A stretch of DNA of 64,000 nt from an uncultured virus (IMG/VR IMGVR_UViG_3300033121_001188) (taxonomy: Duplodnaviria > Heunggongvirae > Uroviricota > Caudoviricetes), in IMG/VR virus record IMGVR_UViG_3300033121_001188, one strand, 5' to 3'. Below the pieces are notes generated by a model. It did not search any database. It saw only the letters and a list, made by a program, of their open reading frames with translations, and was not told the DNA's origin. Below are positions 1 through 13,788 of this stretch, one piece after another; the stretch's first letter is position 1, and the number at the start of each line of letters is the position of its first letter. The position numbers were made by a program, and so were the translations under genes.

Positions 1-960
1 TACTGGCTACTTAATAGGTGTTACCTATATTATTTGCACTAAAAATGAAAATTAGAGCACCATAATATATGGTTATTTATTTTTTTATACTTATACTTCC
101 CACTTCCTTGGGGAAGGGGGTTAGGGGGTTGGGGCTACAGTACACAATGTATACTACATATATATACTACATAATAACTACACACTATAGATAGCAGGTA
201 GTAAGCCATATGTGGTTCGTGGTATATAGTTTTTGGATAGGAGAGTGTGTGGTATAGATGAATGTCTGGTAGTGGATAAGAGAATATAAGTGAGTGGAGG
301 CTATATATATACACTACTCCTATGGGTATCCACCCCCTCCCTCTCACAAGCTACCCGTACACCTATCCAGTATATGCTTACTGCTATTATCTTTTATTGC
401 TGGAGGGTTGCTATTGTTTTGCTGGTGTGGTAGGTATACCATGCAAGGGTTAACGTGTCTCATTGGTTTGGTTTTACTTTGCATAAGGTTTATTGTTGTG
501 CAAGGTAGAGTTGTTGAGCGTGGAAAGTGTAGAGCCTCTATCATCTATACTTTATCTATCATATATCTATCTATCATCCATCTATACTCCAGCATACATC
601 TATCATCTATCTATCGTTTGTTTACTTAGTATACTATAATACACTATCTATCCTATAACTACTACCATTATCTAGTACAGTATGATAACTATTAGTTATA
701 CCATTGTCAAGTATTATTGACTGATTTACTTGCATTTTTTTTCATTATCATTATCATTAGATTGTTGATAGTGATACACTGCTAGTCTTGCCAACTCGCT
801 AGAGCGTACATTACACAAGCGGTACTATTGCTATCAACTACCTATATATAGATATAAGTATCTAATCAATAGATTGATACGCTCTATATATACACTATAC
901 ATATTGCATTACAATATTGCAGTAGTATATTAGTATCAATATTATTTATCCTTTGTCAAT
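1..960. other. Long non-coding, low-complexity region, possibly near the genome terminus or packaging site
   Basis: No convincing ORF. Contains G-runs at 110-134, a G-rich to C-rich switch near 300-345, (TCTA/TCA)n repeats at 537-615 and hairpins. Lies just before the first early genes. Confidence 0.45.
682..710 (-). promoter_or_regulatory. Leftward sigma70-type promoter
   Basis: Minus strand TTGACA-N17-TATCAT; inverted repeat ATAACTA-T-TAGTTAT at 685-699 overlaps it. Confidence 0.6.
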
Positions 961-966
961 TATCTA

Positions 967-1194
967 ATGAAGTCTATTGTTTGCGCTCTTGCGCTTATGG
1001 TTTCCCTATTGCCTGCTTTATCGTTTGCAAGTGTTTCAAAATGTGAGGCGCAAAATAATCTATATAATGTATATATCAGATATATAGCAAAACAAGCGCG
1101 CCAATCTAGCGACTTTGATAGTTTAGCTATGCAACTAAAAATCATCAATACATATAAAAATAAAATTGTCAAGTGTAGTAATTTGACAAAATAA
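967..1194 (+). CDS. Small protein with a signal-peptide-like N-terminus
   Basis: 75 aa, hydrophobic N-terminus ending SFA. Confidence 0.55.
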   Translation: MKSIVCALALMVSLLPALSFASVSKCEAQNNLYNVYIRYIAKQARQSSDFDSLAMQLKIINTYKNKIVKCSNLTK

Positions 1195-1211
1195 CTAGCT
1201 CTAGTTATACT
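1183..1211 (+). promoter_or_regulatory. Early sigma70 promoter
   Basis: TTGACA-N17-TATACT upstream of ardC; palindrome ATAACTAG-CT-CTAGTTAT at 1191-1208. Confidence 0.8.
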
Positions 1212-1247
1212 TGTATTGTTATCATTTTATATTGTTACTATACTATC

Positions 1248-2114
1248 ATGAATGCAAACATTGCAAAAATCGTAGACAAAATTATGGAAGTAATGCAAAA
1301 CCCGCCGCAACGAAAAAGAGTTTGGAAGTACGCAAACTGAAACTATAACCTTGTAAGCGGTAAACAATACCATGGGATTAATGCTTTTGCAACTGGTTTA
1401 TCAAGACTAGAGAATTGATACACTAGCCCCGCACGAGTAACCTACAAACAAGCAACAGAGCTTTGAGGCAATGTAAAAAAAGGCGAAAAAGCTACTATTG
1501 TTATACGGTCAAGCCCTATAGTAAAACTAGAAAATGGTAATCCTGTCACTAATGCAGATGGTGAAAATGAATTGCTACGGACATACAAGGCATACTTTGT
1601 TTTCAACCTAGACCAATGCGACAACATACAGTCACCAGCAATAGTTGAGCCTACAGTACAAATAGAGCCTATAGATTTTTGTGAAAATGTAGTCAATCAA
1701 TACATCTCCAGCGAGTGAATAACACTTGTAGAGTGAAACGATTGACGTTGTTATTATGTACCTAGTCAAGATAAGATAAGCATGACGCCAATAAAACTAT
1801 TTGATAGTGCAGAGGCTTACTATAGGGTACTGTTTCACGAGATGATACATAGTACAGGAGCGCCACAACGTCTAGCCCGCAAATTGGAGGGTCAAATGAA
1901 TACGTTTGGTAGTTATGAATATAGCGTGGAGGAATTAGTGGCAGAGTTTGGGAGCGCTATATTGTCAGAGGTTGTTTGAATTGGTGCAGATGTCAATAAT
2001 AGTGGAGCTTATTTAGGCAATCGAGTACAAAAAATAAAAGAGACTAAAAGACAGCAGGAAGTATATCGAGCTATACAGAGAGCCACAAAGGCAGTTGATT
2101 ATATTACAAAATAA
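1248..2114 (+). CDS. ardC: ArdC-like ssDNA-binding/antirestriction protein with C-terminal zincin (MPTase) domain
   Basis: 288 aa recoded: PQWKRVW..NLVSGKQYHGIN..WVTYKQA..GGNVKKGEK; HEMIHSTG..RLAR..FGS..YSVEELVAEFGSA..AYLGNW. Confidence 0.9.
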
Positions 2115-2637
2115 TATCTTTTATATCGTTACTTACTATCAATGACCAAACTAATAGTATTAGACGCCACAACAGGACTGGCGCACTTATACAATGTAAA
2201 CACCGCAGACAACGACGCTATTTATGAGCGGGTAACGGAAAATTATTGAAGTGATGCAGTGTATATGGTATATACAGAGATTATAAAACACAAAGGTACA
2301 ATAATAATGTAATATTTTATATCCCCTATTATATCATAAAGTATATTCTTTGTTTATTATTATGAGCCTTTTGGATTGCTTGCTATTTATTTGCTTTTAC
2401 CAACTAATCATGCAACTTACACAAAAACAGGTAAACAAAAAGTACAAATGATGGTATATTGAGTTTACTCAATCCTACGATTATGATACTAGACAACGAT
2501 TATATCAAGTGAGTAAAAAAAGTAAAACTATTATAGAAAATATGACATTATGACAAGACGTAGGCACTAATTTGGAGTACACAAGATAACATAACACACT
2601 TACAATTAGTTATATATTTATATTATTCTTACAAGAC

Positions 2638-3348
2638 ATGACAAAAACATTCACAATTACACCGCAAGACGTACAAGAGCTTGAAAAAAACGCCACGTCT
2701 TGCTTAACAAGTGATTGCATGGTAATCTCATTACTTGCCCTATTTTGCGACCAGCGGGATTTTGAAACATGGGAAAACAACAACATTGAGCGGAGACTGG
2801 ACAACGAAAAAGAAATTCTTGACAATCTAGATTATGAAGCCTCATTTTTGCGCGCTCTTAGCAAAGAAAAAAAGCTGTTCTATGTTGATAATGTTGCAAA
2901 GTTTGATGATGACTTAGCAAAATATCAAGAAGCAACGAGGGAAAAATTATGCTCATGAGATACGATTGAGGCATGAATACAAAAGGAGTATGACAATAAT
3001 ATGGAAAAGCTATCCGAAGAAACATATAAGGAGTATTTGAGCGGTGATTACCACAATACGTGAGTAATACAAGGAATAAAAAAAGAACTAGACAAGAAAG
3101 GGTATGGTTTCGAGTACGATATCAAGTCTGATATAGCCACTATTACTCGAGATGATGATGATTTTGTGAATAAACAAAGGTTCTTGAATATGGCACATAA
3201 TCATATTATCGCTAGAAAAGAAGAAGCAAAAGAAAAAAACGCCAAAAGAAAACAAGAACTCATAGAACAAGAAAAAAGAAAACAAGAGCATATAGCGCGG
3301 ACTATGGAAAAACAAAAAGAACGTATATTGAATAGTATCACAGAATAA
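2638..3348 (+). CDS. Hypothetical protein, 236 aa
   Basis: Track ORFs 2638-2958 and 3166-3348 join in frame through TGA codons. Confidence 0.75.
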
Positions 3349-3817
3349 AAAAACCATTATGTTTACACTTTTACTATAAAGACATGACAGTCAAAAACCT
3401 CATAAAAATACTTAGTACAGCAAATCAAAACGCCAAGGTTACCATTGTCGTATGAGATTATGACAATAATATAATTGATACGTCTAGTTTCGAAGTACAC
3501 GGTACAGACAGACAAGAGTATATAGAATTATTTGTATTTTATTAACAAAATAATAGCACACCTATAATATATGATATTTACATTATTATCTATTCTATCA
3601 TGCAAAAACAACTAGACTATAAAGTAAAATCGTTTGATGCTACTAGTACTATTATAAAAGCGTTTGCACACCTTGCAGAGGCAAGAGACTGTTGTAATAT
3701 GCTGAAGTTGCAAAACAATAAAGACTATTTCATAGTAAATTGATATTATCAGATACGAAATACAAGAGAGTGAGATAATGACAATATTCATTTTCTATAA
3801 AATGTAGTATCAAAAAT

Positions 3818-3846
3818 TTGACAAATAGAATACAATTGATTATCAT
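3818..3846 (+). promoter_or_regulatory. Early sigma70 promoter
   Basis: TTGACA-N17-TATCAT. Confidence 0.75.
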
Positions 3847-3886
3847 AGTACAGTCACAACATCTTTTATATTGTTACACTTTTATT

Positions 3887-4255
3887 ATGCATTACAAGAC
3901 ACAGGATTTTGACTTTTCCAAGCGGTGAGCTTTCTTTGCCTTTGGTAACAAGCAATACGACGAGCAGGCTCAAGAGTGAGTAGAATATGTAAACGTTTGA
4001 ATGGGATTGATTGCCCGCAAAGACAACTACAAGGAGATGCTACAAGCGATGGAAAACCATTACCAAGCAGAGAGAGACAAAAGAAAAGAAATTGAGGGTA
4101 TAGACAATATCATATTGTATGAGTATAACAATCACGAATGCGATTATACTGGAGATATATCACCATTAGAATATCTTTGTGACGGTTATAATATAACAAT
4201 GGATTATATAAAAAGCGTATTGAAAAAAAATCATCTTAGAGCATATACATATTAG
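3887..4255 (+). CDS. Conserved phage hypothetical protein
   Basis: GAFFAFGNKQY...ILYEYNNHEC motifs resemble a common phage family. Confidence 0.7.
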
Positions 4256-4280
4256 TCTTTTATATCATAATTACTATCCG

Positions 4281-4922
4281 ATGCACTATACACAAGTACA
4301 GTCACTAGAGCAGATTGCTGATTGAATTAAATTGGAATGATTATGGTTTAATAGCGGTACTGATTATCGTTCTATATTCGACGCTTTCTATGACACAATG
4401 ATTGATAATTATTTTGATGATAGTTACTTGACAGAAAACGATATTGATATAAGCGATAGGCAAAAAATAAACGAGATTATATACGATAAGGCAGTTGCAA
4501 AGATTGATGGGTTTACGTTCGAGCCTGATGATTTTGGTGTACTTGTGGAATTCAAGCGGGCAAATGCTGATAATCCCGCTGGTACGTTTGCACAATCTGA
4601 TGCTTTTGACAGCGATATTATCATTACAAACGCTGATGTATTCAAGAGTTGATTGCAAGAGTTTATAAAGTTTATTGACAGCAAGCCACCATACAGGCAC
4701 GGTTATTCTAACTTCAATACGTACGCAAAGTATAAAGACGTAGAATTTATATATGACCTTGAAAGTGGAGAGCACGAATTATCTGACTATATAAATTGCT
4801 ATATCGAACGAATGGGCAAACGAACGCTAGAAAATCAAGAGCAGGAGATGCAACAGGAAATAGACAGTAGTATATACCTAGATAATATAGATGACGTGCT
4901 TGCATTACTACCAAAAAAATAA
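4281..4922 (+). CDS. Acidic hypothetical protein, 213 aa
   Basis: Track ORFs 4398 and 4653 join through TGA. Confidence 0.7.
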
Positions 4923-6112
4923 TACTTTTATTTTGTTATACTCTTATATCATGGACAAACAAGTTATTATTGCGGTTGCGTACTGGTTATGACAGCATAA
5001 CATATGCTATCAAGACAGCGAGACGCTTGACCTTGTAGTTGATAAAATAATTGAAGTCTATAATCAACAGAATAGATACAATTATATCAATGACCGATTG
5101 AATTTTATTGAGACAAATGTAACCCCGTCCCCTTGAGAGCTAATACTGTTAAACGGAGAGCTTGAAATGGTATATGGTGACTATCCAAATGGTTACTCAT
5201 TATGTTTGTCAGATGGTATATGATGGTTTTACGAGGACGCAGAAGCGGATCGGATAGTGCCTTTTAATTCATAACAATATTATACAATGTATATTTGCAA
5301 ATGCACCAAGTGTGACGCACGGCTAATGGACGAAAATCCAAGGGCAAACAGTACAGTCATAACAAAAAAACCAGCCAAGCTTGTAAGAATGGTACGACTG
5401 ACCGATGCTCAATGATGATTTTATTGATGCCCCAATTGTAAAACAGATGATTATCTAATGGACACTGACACAGTATCATGGGATAACTAGGGCATATCAT
5501 TTATTTATATTATTGATTTGTTATCATGAAAGCACTAAAAGAACTTATCAAAAAAACAGAAACAGAAAATTTGGGTTATATGATGCTTAGGGACACGGCT
5601 CAACTGCGAGATTGAGGCGGTAAAATGACAAAGCTTAAAGCTATCAACATAATGGAAAATTTTACTCCCGAAAGTGACGGCGAAAGCGTAGCTCATGACT
5701 TATGAACGGTTGTTGGTATCGAACGAGCAAATGCAGAAGCAGACAAGCAAATTAAACAATGGGTTTGACAGCTAAAACTGGCGTTGTTATCTAATGATAT
5801 GTCAGGTATAACCAAAGTAATAAAAGAAATGCAAACTATTTAATTAATAAAACCCCTTTTATAATGCAATACGCAATCCAAAACAAACATTGAAACTATT
5901 TGAATTATTGGTTTGATAATGCTTACTGACCAAAAGTAAGTAACATTATATGATTTTCAAAAAAAAATTATATAGTGTTTAGCGACGCAATAGATGCTGA
6001 AATATTTCTGAATGATATGAACTTATCACTAGTGGGAGAGATTAGATTTGATAAAGAAGTGGCTGATGCGCTACAAAACATACTAGATTGATGCAAAATT
6101 GTATCAATAAAT

Positions 6113-6141
6113 TTGACAAATGAATAACAAAAGATTACAAT
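6113..6141 (+). promoter_or_regulatory. Early sigma70 promoter
   Basis: TTGACA-N17-TACAAT. Confidence 0.75.
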
Positions 6142-6765
6142 ATATAAAGTATTTTATCTTATCAAAAACAATATCATGAGAATAAGCCAGCTAATCAAAC
6201 ACCTCGAGATAATAAAGAAAATGCATTGAGACACAGATTTTTCTTTGTCCGTGTTTATAATGCCATGAGTATATGCCGTCAAAAACCACCCAATAGACGA
6301 CGTTAGCCTAGAGACAGACACAAAACCGCTACCATCATTATGTTTTATGGAGTATCCTTTTTAATTCATTATACTTTGCCTATGGAAAAAATTACAATGC
6401 AGGCGCTACAAAGCGCGCTCGACAGTATGCAACAAGCGTATATCGAAAAGATGAGTGACTTCGACACATGAAGTTGAATGAACGAAGTTATATCGTGGAA
6501 TGAGTTATTGACAAAGCTTAAAGTACCAGTCGTCATAACAGAAGACGCAGAAAATTGACTAATGGTGGAATGCTCTGTTACTATCAAATGATTAAATGGG
6601 AGTGATGCGAATTTCCGGTATATTATAGAGCATTATTTTGATTATGAGCGAGACGAAGAAGGCTGATATGATGCTATGCTTGCGATAATAAACCAGCGAA
6701 AAGAGACATCAGAATACATACAAACAAACTTTTGAATATAGTTATTTTTATTTATTATACATACT

Positions 6766-7239
6766 ATGCTATCCGAAAAACGATTTTATAAAGAGATTGC
6801 TAATACGAATAAAAAAATAAATACCATATTAACATTAACACGAATAGACGCGCTGGAACTTTCTGATTATTGATACGCCGACGCTAAACTAATTGCCGAC
6901 CACATGCACCTTATCAAAGACGGTACCAATAATAGGTTTATTTGACGTTATGACGGATTGGCAACGGAACTATTGTGCGAGTGAACTACAATAAGAATTA
7001 CTATGAGAGATCTACGTATTCTGAGTACATTACACCTTCCTACGTGCACAATAAGAATATGTCTCGGCAGACTAGAAGACGAAGAAAAGGCGCAAAGTGT
7101 TATGGACAATGTGGTGTCCGAACAAACATATTTGGCACAGTTGATGAGCGCTATAGATAGATACGATGAATATGTAATGAAAAAACAGGAACGGGAGACG
7201 TACAATGCATCCGCACCATTATTACTTAAACGCATATAA
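6766..7239 (+). CDS. Hypothetical protein
   Basis: 157 aa open frame that includes track ORF 7003-7239. Confidence 0.65.
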
Positions 7240-7553
7240 TGTATCAAGTGAAACCGAGCCAATGTATATCAGCGTTTTGCAATCCTATAGACGTAAACCG
7301 CTTGGAAGAGTACACAGAAATATTGAGAGTAGAAATGCTATCCAACGACTTTCCACCTATACATGGATATTGGACTATTTGCGACGAGCAAGACGTTTGA
7401 AAAACATTGTTTAACGGGGAGGAAGTCACAGAAGAAATGATATGAACAAAGTTGTTCGTCGTAACCGACTGACATCACAGAATGCTTGCTTGTAACAATA
7501 GCTGAACGCCTTATATGTTATGAATAGATTGTCCTTTATATTCCAAAGTATAG
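7239..7553 (+). CDS. ParB/sulfiredoxin-like domain protein
   Basis: FPPI...VVTDGHHRMLA motif. Confidence 0.6.
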
Positions 7554-8178
7554 ATGTTTGTAATACTATGATGACTTATGATTGCGTGTATAGCACGACC
7601 ACCATTGACAATTATTATAATTGTATATTTATTATATAAATTCTTGTAATCATGCAAAGCTACAGATTCAAAATGCAATGGGTATTGAGCCAATCACAAG
7701 CAATTAAACTTGTAGAGCTACTCGGAGCAAAATCTTTTGATTTTATATCGGCACTAAATCTAGACCTTAAAAGGACTGAAAAGTACGACCGCATGTGTCA
7801 ATATCCTTATTGACTGGCAGACGTTGAAGCCGTAAACTGGATAAAAAACAGCAACGCAGTGCTATATGAGTTTGTGCGCTCATAGTTTTATTTATTGTTT
7901 AACTAGCCATGAAACAACGTAATAATATGCGCATGATACAAAGAGCATGTGCAACAGATACAGCCCACAAAATCCACAAAGTCACGGACGCAGATTGAAA
8001 CATATTGGAAATAGTGAAATGACACGTAGCACATAAATTGCAATTCATTTCAGATATGTTAGATATAGGCAGAGAAATATGAAATGGTGTATGAGACCAT
8101 AGACAACTATATTGGCAAGATTTATACAATAAAGTAAAGGCATTGAAATAAGAATTTATCCTATTATATTATATTATT

Positions 8179-8622
8179 ATGTGATACACTACAGACTTCA
8201 GCTGACAACTGATATTCAGCAAACCATTATCAGAAGCACAGATTACATTGTTCGAACAAATCTCTTGAGAGAGGGGAAATACAGTACAGTCTAAACGAGG
8301 AGGAAAGGCGCCAGACTCATATTGCGCTCGGGAAATAACAAAAGATGGTACATGATTAGAACGAGACGGAAGCGAGAAGTTTTACTATTATGAAGAGTGG
8401 CTCAACTACATCGAAACACAGGTACTAAGAAAGCGAGGCATTATAATGGAGGGAGGGCTACAGTTTCAATGAGAAGAGATATGAGATACTTGAGTAATCA
8501 AGAGGAATAAGGACGGGCAGCGAGAAGCAATGCAAATCGAAGCCATTGGACTGGTGTGCTGCCCAGAATGCTGACATAGATTTATGGCAGAAGAATGAGA
8601 GGTTGACGAAGATGAAGAATAA
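8179..8622 (+). CDS. Conserved phage hypothetical protein (MGYTTDF family)
   Basis: MGYTTDFSG..YCAW..LEWDGSEKFYYYEEWL..QGEE; codon 2 is TGA. Confidence 0.8.
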
Positions 8623-10436
8623 TATTTATCATTATATTTTACACATGAAAAGACTATTATTACTACTATCAATTACGCTATCGTTCTGATTTGTGTTTGC
8701 ATTCGAATGCACCAACTGATACCGAAAAGACGGTCAGTGTTATCTGAATGATAACACAGGGTATTACAAATTCTATAAGACACAGCAATGTAAAGAGCAT
8801 GTCTTCCAGCTAGAAGACGAGGCAAACAAAAATAGAATGCGTAAAGCTATCAATGACCTAGACAAAGAAATAGACAGGCTCATAGAAATGAAGGCAAGAC
8901 TGCATGAAGATTTGATGTTTCTTCCAAAGATAACGAGTACAGTCATCAAGTGTACTGAAATAGAGGAGAGTATATTTATACCAACTGCAGTGAAAACAAT
9001 AACCAAAATCAAGTATAGATTGCCTATTACATGAGTAAGCAGATAGACCATGAAAAGATATTTTTGGAACGGTGAGCCAATCACAAGTTATTGGTTTATA
9101 TACCATTCAATAAGATTTCGCTCTACACCAAAAAGATCTGGTACCGTATACTTTGGCAGTAAGTGACATATTCAATGGGATATAAATATCCTAGCTCCGC
9201 CGTGATGGGAACCACCAGCTATTGAAATTGTACAAAGAGATGCTTTTATATCAGTACTACAGACGACATTCCCGAATTGCCAGTGCGTAGAAACTATATG
9301 TGACAATCGGGCAAAAGAACGGGAAAAAAAGAAAGAAAAATTATTATATGACGAGCTACAGTTTATTCCATGATCCTGACAATACAGACAGACGTTGAAA
9401 GCATTAGCAGAGATAGAGAAGTGACCGCGAACGGATGACGTAGAGGTAACAAAGCGCATAGTATCGGCATACATCAGACACAATGAAACAAACTACGACG
9501 ACTTATACAATACGTATAACGAAAAAGAAAAAAACCGCGCAATAGTACATGACAGAGTACAATATATATTCAAGTCTCGAGCTTGAACTTGGAAAGAAAA
9601 AACTATTTAACTCTATAAATTCGCATTGCAAAATGAAAAAGAAAAGCTACACTATCTATAGTTCCCAAAAAGAACTAGACCCGCAAAAGTATCAGAAGTT
9701 CCCTTGAATGTCCGCATTATACTGCCTGTATAAAGACTATCGGGAAGCATATTTGGCGCTCAAAGAAGCAAGCCCACAAGCTAGTGACGAAAGCATTAGA
9801 CAGGCTGCGTTCCAGCACATACTTACATGCTCGCCAGCTTTATCTATTAAAAGAATGACATAATGTATACATTTGACAGCTGGCAAGACGCCATAATATT
9901 TGTTGTTCTATTACTTATCCACCTAGTTCTATAATGACAAAAAAAAGAAAAGAAACGGCTGAACAGCGAATTGATAATAATATGGAGGCACTGCTAGAAA
10001 AGTTCTCCAGTTGATTTTGGGATTTTGCCATGCTCAGTTATCGCACAGTACACAAAAATAAAATATACCACGAGTCGTGGTTCGAAGAAGACAAGAAGAA
10101 AAAAGCAGAGCGATATAAATATGCGTTGAGATACTACGTCTATAAGAAGAGATATGGATTAGACGACCCAAGAACGATAGAAGCTAAAAAATTGATACCT
10201 ATTTATCCAAGAAACAAAGATGATAAATAAACTTTTTACGGACAAGAATTACAAACCAAGCGACGACGAAACTAAAAATCTATTGAAAGAGCTATTTGAT
10301 GAATTGCATTGAGACCATACGTTATCGAAAGAGGAGTCATCAATGTTAGATAAAGCAAGATGACACAAACTATGTCGGTGTGGTCAAAGAGTATCAAACG
10401 AGACAGACAGATGCGCTTTACACTTTAACACATAAT

Positions 10437-11789
10437 ATGGATAAACTAATAGAAAAATGACTACGCCTATGCCAAGAGCTAGGATGAAAAAGCTATATCG
10501 TATGATGAGCTGTAAGGGATATGCTTATGGGCGCAGAAATACACGACGTAGACATTGCTACTAATATCAGTATAGAAGAGATAGAGAGTAAGTTGGACAC
10601 GGTAAATATAGGTAAGAACAAGGATTTCTGAATAGTTGTAGTAAACTTTGAGTGAGATATGTTTGAAGTAGCACACTTTAGAAAGGATGGCAAATACTCA
10701 GATAATAGAAGACCAGACGATGTCGAATTAGTCGATAGTTTGGAGGATGACTTGGCACGTAGAGATTTCACAATCAATGCTATGGCTTACGATTGAACTA
10801 CAGTCATAGATTTGTTTGGAGGGCAGGACGATATTAAAAAATGAATTATTAGATTCGTAGGAAAGGCAGAAGATAGAATAGCGGAGGACGGACTAAGAGT
10901 ACTGAGAGCGTATAGATTCGCAGCAAGATTCAAATTCCAAATCGTAGATGAGCAAGAGATGACCTGATGGAAGCCTGTATGAGTAGCCCAAGAGAGGGTT
11001 ACTGAGGAGTTCAGAAAGGTTGCATCTTATTGACCAAAAGCCCTAGCATTCTATCTCCATAGAACATCATGGAATCAAATTTATAGCTACGGATTTAGTC
11101 GTATGTCTTGAATGCCACACCATATCAAGCATCATCCAGAGGGAGACGTATTTGAGCACACGATATCCTGCCTATCTCATGCAAGTGAGTATAGCGAGCA
11201 AGGATACTTAGCTGCCCTTTGTGTTGCCTTCCACGATATAGGTAAGATTGTAACAGCCGAGTATAAAACAGACGACTTAGACATAGGGTATTGTACATAC
11301 TATGGACACGACATACAGTGAGCTATCCTTATGAATGACATATGACCTAAGCTCAAGTTATCTAGTGATGAGATAAAAGCCATACAATTCGTATGCCAAT
11401 ATCACATGATACGATGGGAGTTCAAAAACCTCAAAGAATCTAAGAAGCTGGAGATAGCAAGAAGCCCATACTATCCTCTACTAGAATACACCACTCACGC
11501 AGATGAGATGAGCAGATTGTATCTAGCAGACTATGAGAGACGGTGCGATATTGCTGCTTATGTACAGTCATGGAAGACAGAGAGAGATTGGCTTGCAAAT
11601 TACGATGAAAAAGTTAAACTACTAATAGATTGAAATATGATTAAGGAGTATATACCAAATATCAAAGACAAAGATATAGGTATACTCAAAAAGGCAGCAC
11701 TAGAGTTCATAAACGATAATTCCATGCTAGTAGACAAAGAGCAAGTAAAACAATTTATCCTTAACCTGACTGGAGATGCCAATTCCTAA
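10437..11789 (+). CDS. cca: CCA-adding tRNA nucleotidyltransferase with HD domain
   Basis: VGGAVRD, DVDIAT, EDDLARRDFTINAMA, EDGLRVLRAYRF, HHPEGDVFEHT, FHDIGK, YGHD. Confidence 0.92.
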
Positions 11790-11977
11790 TTGAGCTCAAG
11801 AAGCAAAATGCCTTGGTTGTTATCAGAATAACGCAGATGTACGGTACAATGGGAGCTGATATTGTGTTAAATGTGCTAAGGAATTAGATGAAGCTACCAC
11901 TAGCATGTTTAAGTGGTTATGAATAGCAGTAGTAGTAATTGTAATAGCATTTACTTATCTTATAATCTTCGAATCAA

Positions 11978-12313
11978 ATGGTTAAAATGTATTGTATGGT
12001 ACTGTATAGCTTAAGCCCTATGCAGAAATGAATCCAATCCTTGCACGCAGTTGCAGAATATATGTCTGAATTCGGACAAGAGGAAGAAACAATTGATTGG
12101 GTGAAGAACCACAAAACAGTGATTGTCTTAGATGGCTGAACTAGTCAAAAGATGGACGAGATAAACAACCTACTTGACAGAATAGCATGATTAAGGTACG
12201 CATATTTTGAGGAAGAAGACTTATGAGGACAGCTAACGGCACTATGCTTCTTAGTAGACGACTCAGATGACCTACTCAAATACTTTATCAATAACTTCAA
12301 ACTCGCATCATAA
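11978..12313 (+). CDS. Pth2-like peptidyl-tRNA hydrolase fold protein
   Basis: LSPMQKGIQSLHA..W....KTVIVLDGG..FEEEDLGGQLTALCF. Confidence 0.6.
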
Positions 12314-12508
12314 TGGCTCTATTTTGAAAAATATATGAATCTATGGAAAAGCAAGTACAGTCATATAAAGAACTGTGCCGTATACAAAACGACTTAATGC
12401 AACTCAAAGATGAAGAATTGAGTGCCGTGAAGCAAAAATTTGCCAGTGCGGTTATAACTTGGGAAAGAGAAAACCCAGAATCATTTAATAAGTGGGACAA
12501 ATGACAAT

Positions 12509-13117
12509 ATGCTTAATAACTTTTATAATTACCCTTGGAGATTCAAGGAAGGCGAATTCTACTTCATTCAAATAATTCGCAGAGCAAAGGATCAGAGTGT
12601 CATAACGGCACAAAAGTGAGACAATAATCAAAGACTGATTAACTCGTATTACATATATACGCAAGAACAACTAGACCTCAGAATGGATGAAATGATAGCT
12701 ATTGCAGACGCAACGGTTTCTAGAGTCATGGTGCACCCAGCCCGCAGAAACAAAATGGAAATAGCAAAACTGACGCAATACCTACTAGCACAGAATATGT
12801 ATAGCAATACGATAGACGGTATCAGCAGGATATACAATACTGCATGTTGAACAAGTCGCGGCGTAGAAAGATTGCGGTTGATAGATGTAGACGGGGAGAA
12901 TGCCTTCGACTTAGCCAAAGATATAATATTTGACATAACAACAACTGGCTTGTATTGAGTGCAGGAGCGGGAAAACTATATCTTACCAACCAAAAACTGA
13001 TGTCATATTATTTGCAAACCATTTAATAGCAAAGTATTTAGCGAAAGATTTCCTTGAGTTGATATACATAAAAATAACCCAACCGTGCTTTATATCCCAG
13101 ACACACCATGAAAATAG
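12509..13117 (+). CDS. Conserved phage protein, possibly AEP (primase-like) fold
   Basis: FYFIQIIRRAKD..WLIDVD..PTKNGCHII..IHKNNPTVLY (DxD and GxH motifs). Confidence 0.55.
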
Positions 13118-13788
13118 TTGCAATATGAGACATACATTGATTAAGTACACGAAAGGACATTCTAGAAAAGGAAAAGGATTTCGACCTTTGTGTTTTTATA
13201 GGAGACTATTTTGATAATAGGGACGGCATATCTGGGGCCGACGAAATAGAAAACTTCAAAGAAATTTGCAAGCTCTCCAAGAACGATAAAAGAGTGGTAC
13301 TGTTATTGGGAAATCATGATCGGCATTATATGCTATGAGCCACACAACGTTTTTCTTGATATAGGTCAGTACAGTCATTACTTGCTTGACCCATACTATC
13401 TGCCATGCGGAATAACTTAGAGATAAGGCCACGATACATAGTTGATGACATTATATTTAGCCACGCATGACTAACAAACACACGAGCAAATAAACACAAT
13501 ATAGACATACAGGAATACACACAAGACGACATGCTGTTTAGTGCATTGGCATTTCAGCATACGGATGAGCACGACGTATCTGGGACAAGTATCAACCAGT
13601 GACCCTTGCGAGTAAGACCGTGATATGTATGATATTATCTATATCACCCCGTCCATTTCAAGCAAGTCGTGGGACATACTAGAACGCCAGAAATATATAC
13701 TAAAGACTGAGTCACGCATATAGACGCACTACGGAACGGTAAATACCTAGTAATAGAGGATTGATTATTTATTCCCAAGACAATATAA
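13108..13788 (+). CDS. Calcineurin-like metallophosphoesterase
   Basis: GDIHG, GDYFD, GNHD, SHAG, GPLWVR, QVVGHT. Confidence 0.9.

Larger units (their letters stand above)
2142..10230 (+). other. Cluster of about 25 small, tightly packed early hypothetical genes
   Basis: Consecutive + strand ORFs open under the recoded table, many preceded by TTTTAT-containing AU-rich leaders. Confidence 0.75.

Noticed and set aside
294..629. 111-aa track ORF
   Set aside because: Low-complexity repeat-derived sequence with no recognisable motif; not called, though not excluded.
9626..9653. TTGCAA-N16-TACACT promoter
   Set aside because: Overlaps the start of a plausible ORF at 9633, so it was not counted.
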